Shown piece after piece: positions 18,989-29,127 of a stretch of 64,000 nucleotides of DNA. The position numbers were made by a program, and so were the translations under genes. Numbering within the stretch: position 1 is the stretch's first letter; every line of letters begins with the position of its first letter. The notes under the pieces are model-generated. The model was not told where the DNA came from and ran no database searches. It saw only the letters and a program-made list of their open reading frames with translations. Source of the DNA: Candidatus Zixiibacteriota bacterium (GTDB taxonomy: Bacteria; Zixibacteria; MSB-5A5; UBA10806; 4484-95); contig JBBIRK010000006.1 in NCBI GenBank assembly GCA_037441845.1, forward strand, positions 32,001 through 96,000, given 5' to 3'.

Positions 18989-19192
18989 TCAGCATACTCT
19001 TATGACATTTATCGCCTTGTTACCGTCCGTCCGGTCTATTTCGAACAAAACGTCATCACCCTTTTTCAGCGTGCGATAGCCTTCCGCGCAGATTTCAGTA
19101 AACCTTACATACAGCTCCCGCGGAATCTCCATTGAGGTGATGAACCCGTATCCCTTGAGGTCATTGAACCATTTTACGGTTCCCTTATGCAT
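18989..19192 (-). CDS. Cold-shock domain protein
   Basis: GTVKWFNDLKGYGFI (RNP1) and GYRTL. GGAGG RBS; start is 19192 or 19195. Confidence 0.88.
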   Translation of the reverse strand: MHKGTVKWFNDLKGYGFITSMEIPRELYVRFTEICAEGYRTLKKGDDVLFEIDRTDGNKAINVIRVC

Positions 19193-19394
19193 CATGCCTC
19201 CCGCGTTTTGGTGGCAACAAATGGTATTGTCGGGCTTGACTTGCCGTAATCGCTGGAATTTCATCTTTGCCTATCGATTCGGTCATGACTTAACTATTCC
19301 GTATCCGCGATTTTGTTCCGGGGTATTCCACCCGGAGATTCTTTTTCTATGAAAGTTTTTAGACCTATCGATAGTTTCCCCGACCGCTTCGGGT

Positions 19395-20000
19395 TTACAG
19401 ATACATCATTTGCTGATTCAGTAACAATTGCATGATGCCGCCGGCGACCAGCGGAACGGTTATGTTATCGTCTATCGGCAGCGGCAGAAGCTCGGTTATC
19501 GCGCCGACGATTACTCCCGCCAAGGTGATTTTCCAGTTCAGCCCGGGTACCATCCTTATGGCCATCAAGGTGAACGCAAGAAAAGCGATCGTTCCCTCGA
19601 GCGTTTTATAGTAGATCCTGAATTTGCCGATAGTGCGCCCGATAATCGCCGCCGCCACGTCGCCCACCACGATTATGACCATGGCCGCCGCGGCCACGCG
19701 TCGGTCGTAAAAAAGAAACACCAAAAGACCCGCCAGAAGAATCGTGGTTGATCCCGAAAAACTTCTCACCTCCCGCGGGCGCAGCATGAAACCGAAATTG
19801 ATCCCCATGAATTTTTTTATGGACTCGTTGCCGAAAAATCGAAGAAGGTCGAAAAGGACGCTTAGAATCAAAAGGCAGGATAATATGGAAATCACCTGCC
19901 TCGGATTGAATAAAAAATACCCCAAGGGGATCAGCAGCGAACAGAGGTGTATCGCCTTACGCCAGAGCTCGCCTTTCCAGCTCAGTGATGCTTCATTCAC
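19395..20000 (-). CDS. Dolichol/phytol kinase-like (CTP-dependent polyprenol/DAG kinase) membrane protein
   Basis: ELWRKAIH, GDVAAAIIG, KTLEG and PIDDNITVP motifs. GTG start inferred. Confidence 0.85.
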   Translation of the reverse strand: MNEASLSWKGELWRKAIHLCSLLIPLGYFLFNPRQVISILSCLLILSVLFDLLRFFGNESIKKFMGINFGFMLRPREVRSFSGSTTILLAGLLVFLFYDRRVAAAAMVIIVVGDVAAAIIGRTIGKFRIYYKTLEGTIAFLAFTLMAIRMVPGLNWKITLAGVIVGAITELLPLPIDDNITVPLVAGGIMQLLLNQQMMYL

Positions 20001-20026
20001 GGCGATACCGGCCCCGGTCAATTGAA

Positions 20027-21787
20027 TCAACTCCCCTGATTCAAATTGATTGGTTTGACTACTTCCGGAAATTCGTATTTCTCGAAAGTCCGTTTCTCGA
20101 TTATTATGCTTGCCGACTCTCGCCATTGTTCGAGCATTTGCTTTTTGACTGCGTTATCGGCGCTTTTCTTTAATGCGTCCCGGATACCCGGTCTTACTTG
20201 ATCCAATGATTTATCCTGCCTTTTGTCCACGAGTTTGGCTATATGATATCCCCAGACTGTTTTTATGGGAAGCGAGATCTGTCCCACCTCGAGCTGCTTT
20301 ACCGCCTCGAAAAAAGTCTGTCCCATCTCCTGCTCGGAAATATAGCCCAGATCGAAAGCGATCTCCCGTATTTCTATTTCTCCCGGGTAATAGCGCAAAG
20401 CCATTTCTTTGAAATCGGCTCCTTGCAGCAATGAATCTCTGATGACCAAAGCTAAAGCCGAATCCTGGAATATGATATGCTGAACCTTCAGAGGTTTCTT
20501 TTCCCGGTAGCGTTCCTCGAAATGGCTGTCGTAGTATTCCTTTACTTCTTCCTCGGTCGGTTGATAGATCGAGTCGCGCATTATTTGGTCGAGTTTGAAT
20601 CTGGCCTCGCGATCGGTGAATTCGATGCCGGCGCTGATAACTTTCGGATTGTCATAATACCCCAAAGTTTTGCCTGCCGCCCGCAACAGATTGTTGACCG
20701 ACATATCCTGCAGCAGCTCGCGTTTCACCGCCGGGGTGGCCTCCGTATATTTTTTCAAACGCATGAATTTCGGCAGATTCTGCAGAAGGCGATCCGCGAA
20801 AACCGTATCTTTTTCGTTTACGATCATGACCCACTGGTCGGCCTGGACCAAACTATCAGGCAGATCCAAAATAGGCTCGTTGAATTCATAATGCGCAGCC
20901 GATTTCAGCGAATCGACGAATTTGTCGGCCTTTTCTTTTTCGTGATTGCGGAACAGCGAAGCCCTTATCGTGCCGCGCAATTGCGAGTCGAGCGGTTTCA
21001 AGGCCGGCATTATATGTTCGCTTACTTTGATTATATGGAATCCTCGAATGGTTTTGGCCGGACCGACCACCGAACCTATTTCGGCGGCAAAGGCCAGCGA
21101 ATCGAACTCGTCACCCATCCGCCCGCGGCTGATAAGACCGATATCCCCACCCTTTTGGTTCGTGTTTTTATCCTCGGAGTATTTGGCGCAAAGGCTGTCC
21201 CAATTTTCGCCGCTTTTGGCTTTGGCCAATATCGCTTTGGCTCTTTTGAGCGATTCCTTTTCATTGGCCGCGATTATCTTCTCTTTGGCTTTCGCCGACT
21301 TTACGCCAGCGGTTTCGGGTTTGGGGGTTGAGATCAGTATGTGAGCCACCCGCACTTGTTCCGGCGTCATGAACTGTTCGGGATGCTGCGAATAGAAAGA
21401 GTCGATTTCCGATGAATCCATCTGGATTTTGAACGTGATTTCACCGTCGAACATGAGCCTGAACACGTTGTTGGCTATCTCCGAGTTGCGTCTTTCGATG
21501 AACGAACGGTCCTGTTCGAGAAGGGCTTTGATCGAATCCACGCGGATATCGATCAATTTTAGATCTATGAGACTGTCCAGAAGATTTTGTTTCAACAGCT
21601 GAACGTCGGTCGTATCGCTGATAATGATGTTCTTCGCGCCGGCGATTGAATCCATCTCGGCCGCGGTAATGGGACGGCCGTCCACCCTACCGAGCACCAC
21701 TTGGCTCTTATCGACGAACTTATGCCCACCGGCGCATGCCAGAATCGCCGGGATGCAGCACAACAAAACCGCATGAAATACTTTCAT
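20027..21787 (-). CDS. Parvulin-type peptidylprolyl isomerase lipoprotein (two PPIase domains)
   Basis: Lipobox ILAC, HILI, KYSED...KGGDIG, second domain HII...DLG...WGYHI. Promoter TTGACA-N17-TAATTT at 21832-21860. Confidence 0.9.
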   Translation of the reverse strand: MKVFHAVLLCCIPAILACAGGHKFVDKSQVVLGRVDGRPITAAEMDSIAGAKNIIISDTTDVQLLKQNLLDSLIDLKLIDIRVDSIKALLEQDRSFIERRNSEIANNVFRLMFDGEITFKIQMDSSEIDSFYSQHPEQFMTPEQVRVAHILISTPKPETAGVKSAKAKEKIIAANEKESLKRAKAILAKAKSGENWDSLCAKYSEDKNTNQKGGDIGLISRGRMGDEFDSLAFAAEIGSVVGPAKTIRGFHIIKVSEHIMPALKPLDSQLRGTIRASLFRNHEKEKADKFVDSLKSAAHYEFNEPILDLPDSLVQADQWVMIVNEKDTVFADRLLQNLPKFMRLKKYTEATPAVKRELLQDMSVNNLLRAAGKTLGYYDNPKVISAGIEFTDREARFKLDQIMRDSIYQPTEEEVKEYYDSHFEERYREKKPLKVQHIIFQDSALALVIRDSLLQGADFKEMALRYYPGEIEIREIAFDLGYISEQEMGQTFFEAVKQLEVGQISLPIKTVWGYHIAKLVDKRQDKSLDQVRPGIRDALKKSADNAVKKQMLEQWRESASIIIEKRTFEKYEFPEVVKPINLNQGS

Positions 21788-21899
21788 CTCTATTCTCCAT
21801 AACTGGTTGTAAATCTCGTTCACAGGCTTGGAAATTACCTAAGCCGGTCGAATCTGTCAAGCCCTAAACACCGAAACAGACCGCCGCTTACAGGTTCGC

Positions 21900-22709
21900 C
21901 TAATCCAAAAAATCGATTATCGTCCCGGTGACCGCCGCTGGTTCTTCGAGATTGACCATATGGGCGGCCCCCTTTATGATTTCCAGCGATGAATTTTTCA
22001 GATGGCGGGCGAAGTATTTCGCCGCATCGATGAACTGCGCATCCTGTGCTCCAGCTATAACCAGCGTCGGTTGATTCAATTCCGAAATCCTTCGCCGCCA
22101 ATTTCCGTCCGGTTCGGCGGACATCCTGCCGCGCAACATCGCTTGAAGATAATCCGGATTGTGGCGATTGAGTATTTTCGTCCATAAGACGCCGATTTCC
22201 GGGTTCCTTTTGAACATATTCGCCACCAAGGGGCCATTGCGGATACCCGTTTTTTCAGCCCATAATTCTACGCCGCCCTGTCTCAGCAGTTCCAATTCCC
22301 GGCTCATCGCCTCGATACTCACCTTTCTTGTGGGTTTTCCCGAAGAAGGCAAAATCGAGGAGACGAGAATCAATTTCGAAATCCTGTCGGGGCGGCTTAA
22401 AGCCACGCGAAACGACACCGGGCCGCTCATGGAAAATCCGAGCAAAGCGGCGCCGCGGATATCCATTTCGGCGATCAACCCGAGAATATCCTCGGCCATC
22501 ACCGCCGTTGACCAGCGCGGTCCACAGGACGACTTTCCGAAACCGCGCAAATCCACGACGATCGTCCTGTAGTTGCGGGCGAATTCCGGAATCTGAAACT
22601 CCCACATGAGCCCGTTCAAGGCGTATCCGTGAAGCAATATCAAAGGCTGGCCGTTGTCGCCGAACTCCTCGTAATATATGGCAGCATCGCCGGCGTCGAA
22701 AAAAGGCAT
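21900..22709 (-). CDS. Alpha/beta hydrolase
   Basis: LLHG, DLRGFGKS, GFSMS nucleophile elbow, GAQD and AAHMVN motifs. Confidence 0.92.
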   Translation of the reverse strand: MPFFDAGDAAIYYEEFGDNGQPLILLHGYALNGLMWEFQIPEFARNYRTIVVDLRGFGKSSCGPRWSTAVMAEDILGLIAEMDIRGAALLGFSMSGPVSFRVALSRPDRISKLILVSSILPSSGKPTRKVSIEAMSRELELLRQGGVELWAEKTGIRNGPLVANMFKRNPEIGVLWTKILNRHNPDYLQAMLRGRMSAEPDGNWRRRISELNQPTLVIAGAQDAQFIDAAKYFARHLKNSSLEIIKGAAHMVNLEEPAAVTGTIIDFLD

Positions 22710-23351
22710 CTATTCTTTATCCCTATTTGAAAAGACCGCGCGCAACGCGGCGTTTATCGTCTCCCAATCGAAACCTCTGCCGTAAAGCAGCATTGCCAGC
22801 CGCTGTTTTGCCTTAAGCTGCGGCACATCTTTCAGGCTTTTGATCTTTTTCCGCACTATATCGATGGCCGCTTGCAGCTCATCGTAATCTTCCAGCTCCG
22901 AGGCCAGCGCCTTATCGGCCACCGCCTGAGATACTCCTTTTTGGCGCAATTTACGTTTTATCAGCATCTTTCCCTTAGCGCCGCCTATCAACGTGGTGTG
23001 AATCAACGCCGAGGCGAAGGCCGTATCGTCGATATATCCGAGTTCTTTGAGCTTATTGATTACCGCTTCGGCATGCCGGCCGTAGATCGGCGTGTATTTC
23101 AGTTTGTTGAACAATTCCTTTTCCGAATGACGCCGCCGGGCAAGTAGATCGAGAGCTTTCCGTTTAAGATACTGAAACTCTCCCTCGCTCCGCAGTTCCG
23201 TCAATTTGTTCCGGGGCAACTGAATTCCAGAACGCAATCCGTATTTCAGAATCAACTCTTCATCTACAGGAAAAGCAGCGCCTTCATCCGCCTGCAACAG
23301 ATAGAATCCCTTTTTCCGTTTTATTTTTTCCAAAGACAGGATAGCAGGCAT
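22710..23351 (-). CDS. recX: Regulatory protein RecX
   Basis: ALDLLARRRHSEKEL, GYIDDTAFA, KLRQKGV and LYGRGF motifs. Confidence 0.92.
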   Translation of the reverse strand: MPAILSLEKIKRKKGFYLLQADEGAAFPVDEELILKYGLRSGIQLPRNKLTELRSEGEFQYLKRKALDLLARRRHSEKELFNKLKYTPIYGRHAEAVINKLKELGYIDDTAFASALIHTTLIGGAKGKMLIKRKLRQKGVSQAVADKALASELEDYDELQAAIDIVRKKIKSLKDVPQLKAKQRLAMLLYGRGFDWETINAALRAVFSNRDKE

Positions 23352-23415
23352 GACTCGGCCTCCACAAAGGAAATTCCATGCAAGCTTTCAACCGCATGGC
23401 CGCCGCGGTTTCGGA

Positions 23416-25413
23416 TCATATTCCTTTGGCCAGAAGCTCCACTATATCGACCACGGCATGCGATTCGCCGCAATCTTTCGCCTTGATTCCATCCTCCAGC
23501 ATCGTCATACAAAACGGGCAGGCTACACCGATAGTTTTCGCTCCGGTCGCTATCGCTTCCTCGGTCCTTTCGATATTTATCCGCTTGCCGGTCGTTTCTT
23601 CGAGCCACATTCTGGCTCCGCCTGCCCCGCAGCAGAAAGAGTTATCGCGGCTTCTTTTCATCTCGATCCGCTTGCCGACGGCATCGATAAGATATCTCGA
23701 TGGTTCATACAGGCCGTTGTGGCGGCCAAGATAACAAGAGTCGTGGAAAACGATTTCGTTTTGTCCATCTCCTGAGGCGAATTTCGCATTGTCGATTTTC
23801 AACCGGCCGCTTTTCAGCAGTTCCCCAATAAGCTGATGAGTGTGCCAAACCTCGTAATTACCCCCGAAATCCGGATACTCGTTTTTCAGGGTATTGAAAC
23901 AATGCGGGCAATTGGTGAAGATCTTCTTCACGCCTTTGCTGTTCAGCAGTTCGACGTTGGCTGCTGCCAATGTCTGGAAAAGATATTCCTCGCCCAACCT
24001 TCTGGCCGAGTCGCCGGTGCAACTTTCATCGGTGCCGAGAATCGCGAAATCGAGCCCGGCGGCGTTCATTATATAAACTGTGGCTCTGCTGACTTTGATA
24101 TTGCGGGCATCGAGAGCGCCCGCGCAGCCGACCCAGTATAACCACTCGTATCGAGGCTTATCGGCGACCAAATTGATTTCGAGGTCCTTATACCAATCAG
24201 CTCTCGCCGCCTGCCCCAATCCCCAGGGGTCGCCGGCTTTTTCCATGTTTTTCAGCGCTAGACCACCCTGCGGTGAAATCGCCCCTTCGTTGAGCACCAG
24301 CGACCGCCGATAATCGATTATTTTCGGCACATGTTCGATTAAAAGCGGACAAGCTCTCTGGCAGGCGTAACATGTCGTGCAATCCCAGATGACCTCCTCG
24401 GTGATTACATCCTTTATGAGATCCTCCTGAAATTTCTCATCCTGGCCGGCGAAAATGAATTTCCCTTTGCTTTCGGTATGACGACGCAATTGCATTATTA
24501 TATTTTTCGGCGATAGGGGCTTGCCGGTATTCCAGGCAGGGCAGGCGTCCTGGCAACGGCCGCATTCGGTGCAGGAAAGGCCGTCGAGATAATCTTTCCA
24601 GGAATGTTCTTCGACTTTCGAGACGCCGAACGATTCGGAATTTTCGAGATCCGGTTTTCCGAGCTTGGTTCCCGACTTGGGGTAAGCCAGAAATACGTTG
24701 AAAAGCGACGTGAAAACGTGCATGTGTTTTCCCAAAGGAACGTAATTCAACATCGCCATGAATGAAAGCAGGTGACCCCACCAGAAAAGATGCGCCAAGA
24801 ATCCGGCGGTTTCCGATCGTGTGTGCCAGAGCAATGCGGCCAGGAAATTGATTAAAAATCCGCCTTCGACAGGCGTTTGTTGGCTGACGATATTGAAAGC
24901 ATCGGAAAATAGATCGAATAGCATGAGTGCGGCGATCAAGACCAGTATGAGGGCCGCTCCGGGACTCTGAGTCAGCCGCTTGGGCCGGATTACATATCGT
25001 TTTACGGCGAAACCGATTACTCCCAATATCACCAGGAAACTGAAAAAATCCAGCAGGAACATGAACGGAACCCGCAGAGAGTCGCCCAAAATGGGGATAC
25101 TGAATCGCTGACTGAAACCTTTGCCGAAAAAATTGATGGTGCCGAAACCGATGATCACGAATCCCCAGAAGACGACGAAATGTGCCAGACCGGAAAAGGG
25201 ATCATCAAGCAACCGTTTCTGGCCGAAAGCGAATCGAGCGACCCGGCCCAACCCGCCGATTATATCGATTCGACGATCCAATTTTCTGAATCGTGCCAGC
25301 AATCTGATATAGCGGCTTATTATGAATGCAAAAAGCGCGATTCCCCCGAAAAAGATAAGATAAAACGCGATTCTTTCCAGACCTTGCGGTGTTATTTCCG
25401 TTAATTGTTCCAT
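23416..25413 (-). CDS. Membrane-bound Fe-S oxidoreductase (NarI-like + HdrD/GlpC CCG domains; FadF-like)
   Basis: N-terminal TM helices, two CxxCxxCxxxCP ferredoxin motifs, CCG domains (SCTG, FHDSCYLGR, FCCGAGG, ACPFC). Confidence 0.92.
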   Translation of the reverse strand: MEQLTEITPQGLERIAFYLIFFGGIALFAFIISRYIRLLARFRKLDRRIDIIGGLGRVARFAFGQKRLLDDPFSGLAHFVVFWGFVIIGFGTINFFGKGFSQRFSIPILGDSLRVPFMFLLDFFSFLVILGVIGFAVKRYVIRPKRLTQSPGAALILVLIAALMLFDLFSDAFNIVSQQTPVEGGFLINFLAALLWHTRSETAGFLAHLFWWGHLLSFMAMLNYVPLGKHMHVFTSLFNVFLAYPKSGTKLGKPDLENSESFGVSKVEEHSWKDYLDGLSCTECGRCQDACPAWNTGKPLSPKNIIMQLRRHTESKGKFIFAGQDEKFQEDLIKDVITEEVIWDCTTCYACQRACPLLIEHVPKIIDYRRSLVLNEGAISPQGGLALKNMEKAGDPWGLGQAARADWYKDLEINLVADKPRYEWLYWVGCAGALDARNIKVSRATVYIMNAAGLDFAILGTDESCTGDSARRLGEEYLFQTLAAANVELLNSKGVKKIFTNCPHCFNTLKNEYPDFGGNYEVWHTHQLIGELLKSGRLKIDNAKFASGDGQNEIVFHDSCYLGRHNGLYEPSRYLIDAVGKRIEMKRSRDNSFCCGAGGARMWLEETTGKRINIERTEEAIATGAKTIGVACPFCMTMLEDGIKAKDCGESHAVVDIVELLAKGI

Positions 25414-25479
25414 TGGGCGCTCTCCGTTTCGCGGCCGCGGATCCTGGATTCCTCGAACGGTTCCCGGCGATTTTCAGCT

Positions 25480-25508
25480 ATCATAACAGGGTGGTTTTGC
25501 CGGGTCAA
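25480..25508 (-). promoter_or_regulatory. sigma70-like promoter of the Fe-S oxidoreductase operon
   Basis: TTGACC-N17-TATGAT with an extended -10 TG. Confidence 0.6.
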
Positions 25509-25628
25509 GCGAAAAGCCCCGCTTGAAAAACCCAAGACGGCTGACCGTGATCAGGTAGCCTCAACATCGCTTTCTTTATATGACTCTTTTGATGCGCTTT
25601 TGAATCAAAAGGCAGGCTCATTAAACGA

Positions 25629-25657
25629 TTGACTATCAGGCGAGGCCATAATAACTT
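25629..25657 (+). promoter_or_regulatory. sigma70-like promoter of gatA operon
   Basis: TTGACT-N17-TAACTT, 11 nt before the ATG. Confidence 0.5.
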
Positions 25658-25668
25658 TCCCCGTTCGT

Positions 25669-27117
25669 ATGGAATTGTCATTGGAAAAACTCAAGGCAAG
25701 GGAGATAGGGGCGTTAATCGCAGCCGGCGATTGCACCTGCGCCGAGGTGGCCGAATTCTTTTTGAACCGCATCGAATCGCTCAATCCCAAGATCAACGCT
25801 TTTATAAGTTTCGATCGCTCCGCCGCCATGACCCGAGCTGAACGGCTCGACTCGTTACGGAAATCCGGCAAATCCAAGTTGTCGCCGCTTTATGGCGTGC
25901 CGGTCGCTTTCAAAGACAATATGCAGTTGAAGGGACAGCCCACCACCTGCGCTTCCAAAATCCTTACCGGACACATAGCGGTTTACGATGCAGGCATAAC
26001 CATCAAGTGTCTGGATGCCGGCATGATCATAGTAGGCAAAACCAATCTCGATGAATTCGCGATGGGATCATCGAACGAGAACAGCGCCTACGGCCCGGTC
26101 CGCAATCCGATCGATCCTTCCCGAGTCCCAGGAGGTTCGTCGGGCGGTTCGGCGGCTGCGGTGGCTGCCGGTATGACCCCTTTGGCGTTCGGGTCCGATA
26201 CGGGAGGATCGGTCAGGCTGCCTGCGGCTTTCTGCGGCATTGTCGGTTTGCGTCCTTCCTACGGACGTATTTCCCGCTACGGATTAGTGGCTTTTGCCTC
26301 ATCGCTTGACCAGATCGGGCCGTTCGCTCTCGACACGAAAGATATGGCTCTGGTCTTGAAGGCGACAGCCGGATACGATCGTTTCGATTCGACCTCCGTA
26401 AATCAGCCCGTGCCCGATTATTACGTATCGCTCGAGCAAGGGTTGAAAAATCTCCGCATAGGGATTCCCCGAGAGTATTTCGGGGAGGGAATCGAAAAAG
26501 CGGTGATGGAGGCGATCGACGACGTCATCAGGGGGCTGCGCTCCGAAAGGATCGAGCTTGTCGATATTTCTTTACCTACCACGAAATATTGTATAGCTAT
26601 TTATTATATCGTGGCCAATGCCGAGGCCTCATCGAATTTGGCCCGCTATGACGGCGTAAAATACGGTCTGCGGATCGACGCCGATTCCCTTATCGATATG
26701 TTTTGCGCCACCCGAACGAGCGGTTTCGGCTCCGAGGTTAAACGGCGGATCATGCTCGGCACGTATGTCTTATCGGCGGGTTATTATGACGCGTATTACC
26801 GTCGAGCGCTGAAAGTGCGTTCCCTGATTCGCGCCGATTTCGAGGAGGCTTTCAAAAAATGCGATTTGATCATATCGCCGACGTCGCCCTCCACCGCATT
26901 CGCTTTCGGTGAGCGAACGGATGATCCGCTCAAAATGTATCTGTCCGACGTGTTTACGGTGGCCGCGCCTCTGGCCGGGTTGCCCGCGATATCTTTTCCC
27001 TGCGGCACCGATCCGTCCGGCCTGCCGATCGGACTGCAGCTTATGGGACGGTATTTCGATGAGGAAAGTTTGCTGCGGGGGGCATATCACATAGAAAGGA
27101 TGCTCGCGCGTGGCTGA
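25669..27117 (+). CDS. gatA: Asp/Glu-tRNA amidotransferase subunit A
   Basis: GKTNLDEFAMGSS, PGGSSGGSAAAV, GSDTGGSVR, SSNLARYDG and EVKRRIMLG motifs. Confidence 0.97.
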   Translation: MELSLEKLKAREIGALIAAGDCTCAEVAEFFLNRIESLNPKINAFISFDRSAAMTRAERLDSLRKSGKSKLSPLYGVPVAFKDNMQLKGQPTTCASKILTGHIAVYDAGITIKCLDAGMIIVGKTNLDEFAMGSSNENSAYGPVRNPIDPSRVPGGSSGGSAAAVAAGMTPLAFGSDTGGSVRLPAAFCGIVGLRPSYGRISRYGLVAFASSLDQIGPFALDTKDMALVLKATAGYDRFDSTSVNQPVPDYYVSLEQGLKNLRIGIPREYFGEGIEKAVMEAIDDVIRGLRSERIELVDISLPTTKYCIAIYYIVANAEASSNLARYDGVKYGLRIDADSLIDMFCATRTSGFGSEVKRRIMLGTYVLSAGYYDAYYRRALKVRSLIRADFEEAFKKCDLIISPTSPSTAFAFGERTDDPLKMYLSDVFTVAAPLAGLPAISFPCGTDPSGLPIGLQLMGRYFDEESLLRGAYHIERMLARG

Positions 27118-28549
27118 ATACGAACCGGTCATAGCCCTTGAAATGCATGCGCAGCTGAAAACCGCCTCTAAGATGTTCTGCGCCTGCTCGGCTTCTTACG
27201 GCGGTTCGCCGAACAGCCAAGTTTGTCCCATCTGCCTCGGGATGCCGGGGACACTGCCGGTTTTGAACAAGCGGGCGGTCGAATTCGCTATCAGGCTGGT
27301 TTTAGCCACCGGAGGCACTGTTCATCCGCGCAGCATTTTCGCCAGAAAGAACTATTTCTATCCGGACTTGCCGAAAGGTTACCAGATTTCCCAGTATGAG
27401 TTTCCACTGGCCACCGGCGGCAGGATCTCTATCGACACCGAAGCCGGACCTAAAGATATAGGCTTGATCCGGATTCATCTCGAAGAAGATGCCGGCAAGT
27501 CGATTCATCAAGAAAATGGAGAATCGACGCTCGTTGATTTCAATCGGTGCGGGGTGCCCTTGATCGAAATCGTGTCGAAACCCGACCTGAGAAGCCCGGC
27601 CGAAGGTCATCTTTTCCTTCTGAAATTGAAGCAACTGGTGGAATATCTCGATATATGCACGGGCAACATGGAAGAGGGTTCACTTCGCTGCGACGCCAAT
27701 ATCTCGATCAGACCGAAGGGCGCCGAAAAATTCGGCACTCGCTGTGAACTGAAAAACATGAACTCTTTCCGCGGCGTCGAAAGGGCGTTGAATTACGAAA
27801 TCGAGCGCCAGGCGAGAATTCTCGACAGCGGCGGGACTATCGTGCAGCAAACCCTGCTTTGGGACGAAAAAGCGAACGTCTCGATGCCGATGCGGTCGAA
27901 AGAAGAATCACACGACTACCGCTATTTCCCTGAACCCGACCTGCTGTATCTCGATATCGGCGCCGATTGGATCGAGCAAATAAAAAGCAGTATGCCTGAA
28001 CTTCCGTTGCAGCGCCGCCTGCGGTTCGTAGAACAATACGGCCTGCCGGCTTACGACGCCGACGTGCTGACCTCGAGCAGATCGTTGGCGGATTATTTCG
28101 AAGCGGCCGCCGCCGTCTCCGCGGACCCGAAGCTTACCTCGAACTGGATCATGACGGAGTTGATGAGGGAAATCAAGGAAACCGAGATCAGCAAAATAAA
28201 GATAACTCCGGAGAATCTCGGGGAATTGCTGCTGATGATCAAATCGGGAGAAATTTCCGGTAAAATAGCCAAGGATGTTTTCGCTGAAATGGTCGTATCC
28301 GGAAAACAGCCCAAAGCCATAGTCGCCGGCAGCGGCCTGACTCAGATATCTGATGAATCGTATATCGCCCAGATTATAGATCGCGTCATCTCCGCCGATC
28401 CCGATAACGTTAAAAAATACCTGTCCGGCAAAGAGGGTCTGTTCGGATTTTTCGTGGGGCAGGTCATGAAAGAGACCGGCGGCAAAGCAAATCCGACGCT
28501 GGTCAACAAACTGCTGAAGGCGGCGTTCGGTCGGCTCGGGAAAAAGTGA
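27110..28549 (+). CDS. gatB: Asp/Glu-tRNA amidotransferase subunit B
   Basis: RKNYFYPDLPKGYQISQ, HLEEDAGK, LRCDANIS, DYRYFPEPDL and GQVMK motifs. Confidence 0.97.
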   Translation: MAEYEPVIALEMHAQLKTASKMFCACSASYGGSPNSQVCPICLGMPGTLPVLNKRAVEFAIRLVLATGGTVHPRSIFARKNYFYPDLPKGYQISQYEFPLATGGRISIDTEAGPKDIGLIRIHLEEDAGKSIHQENGESTLVDFNRCGVPLIEIVSKPDLRSPAEGHLFLLKLKQLVEYLDICTGNMEEGSLRCDANISIRPKGAEKFGTRCELKNMNSFRGVERALNYEIERQARILDSGGTIVQQTLLWDEKANVSMPMRSKEESHDYRYFPEPDLLYLDIGADWIEQIKSSMPELPLQRRLRFVEQYGLPAYDADVLTSSRSLADYFEAAAAVSADPKLTSNWIMTELMREIKETEISKIKITPENLGELLLMIKSGEISGKIAKDVFAEMVVSGKQPKAIVAGSGLTQISDESYIAQIIDRVISADPDNVKKYLSGKEGLFGFFVGQVMKETGGKANPTLVNKLLKAAFGRLGKK

Positions 28550-29127
28550 TGCTTCGAATCAGCGTTTTCGTTTCCGGCGGCGGCACCAATCTGCAAGCTA
28601 TAATCGATTATACCCGCAGCAATCCCGATAAAGCCGTGGTCGCCGCGGTCATTTCGAATAATTCAAAAGCGTTCGCCTTGCAACGGGCTGCCAACGCCGA
28701 AATTCCGGCCTATCACGTCAGCCGCGGCACTATCCCCGATGATATCGGGTATTGCGCCGCCATAATGGAGATATTGGCCGTTCATAGAACGAATCTGATA
28801 GTCCTGGCGGGATACATGAAATTGCTTCCCGCCGAAATCGTGCGAAACTTCTATGGCCGCATAATTAACATTCATCCGGCCTTGCTTCCTAAATACGGTG
28901 GTCCCGGGATGTACGGGGAACGCGTTCATAAAGCGGTACTGGCGGCAGGCGAAAAATATTCGGGGGCGACCGTGCACATGGTCGATGAGAAATACGATCA
29001 CGGCCCGATTCTGATTCAGCGGCGGGTGCCCGTTCTGCCCGATGATACGCCGGAAAGTCTGGCGGCGCGCGTGCTTCAGACGGAACACCGGATTCTTCCC
29101 GCAGCCATCGAGCTGTTTATAAAATGA
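28546..29127 (+). CDS. purN: Phosphoribosylglycinamide formyltransferase
   Basis: SGGGTNLQA, LAGYM, INIHPALLP, SGATVH and YDHGPI motifs. Confidence 0.97.
   Translation: MMLRISVFVSGGGTNLQAIIDYTRSNPDKAVVAAVISNNSKAFALQRAANAEIPAYHVSRGTIPDDIGYCAAIMEILAVHRTNLIVLAGYMKLLPAEIVRNFYGRIINIHPALLPKYGGPGMYGERVHKAVLAAGEKYSGATVHMVDEKYDHGPILIQRRVPVLPDDTPESLAARVLQTEHRILPAAIELFIK

Noticed and set aside
19195..19264. N-terminal extensions in the ORF track (csp, dedA, purC, kinase, MBL hydrolase, ferredoxins)
   Set aside because: RBS position and family N-termini support the downstream starts used here.
20477..21331. 284-aa plus-strand ORF and similar long antisense ORFs elsewhere
   Set aside because: They lie opposite well-supported genes and are expected from codon bias.
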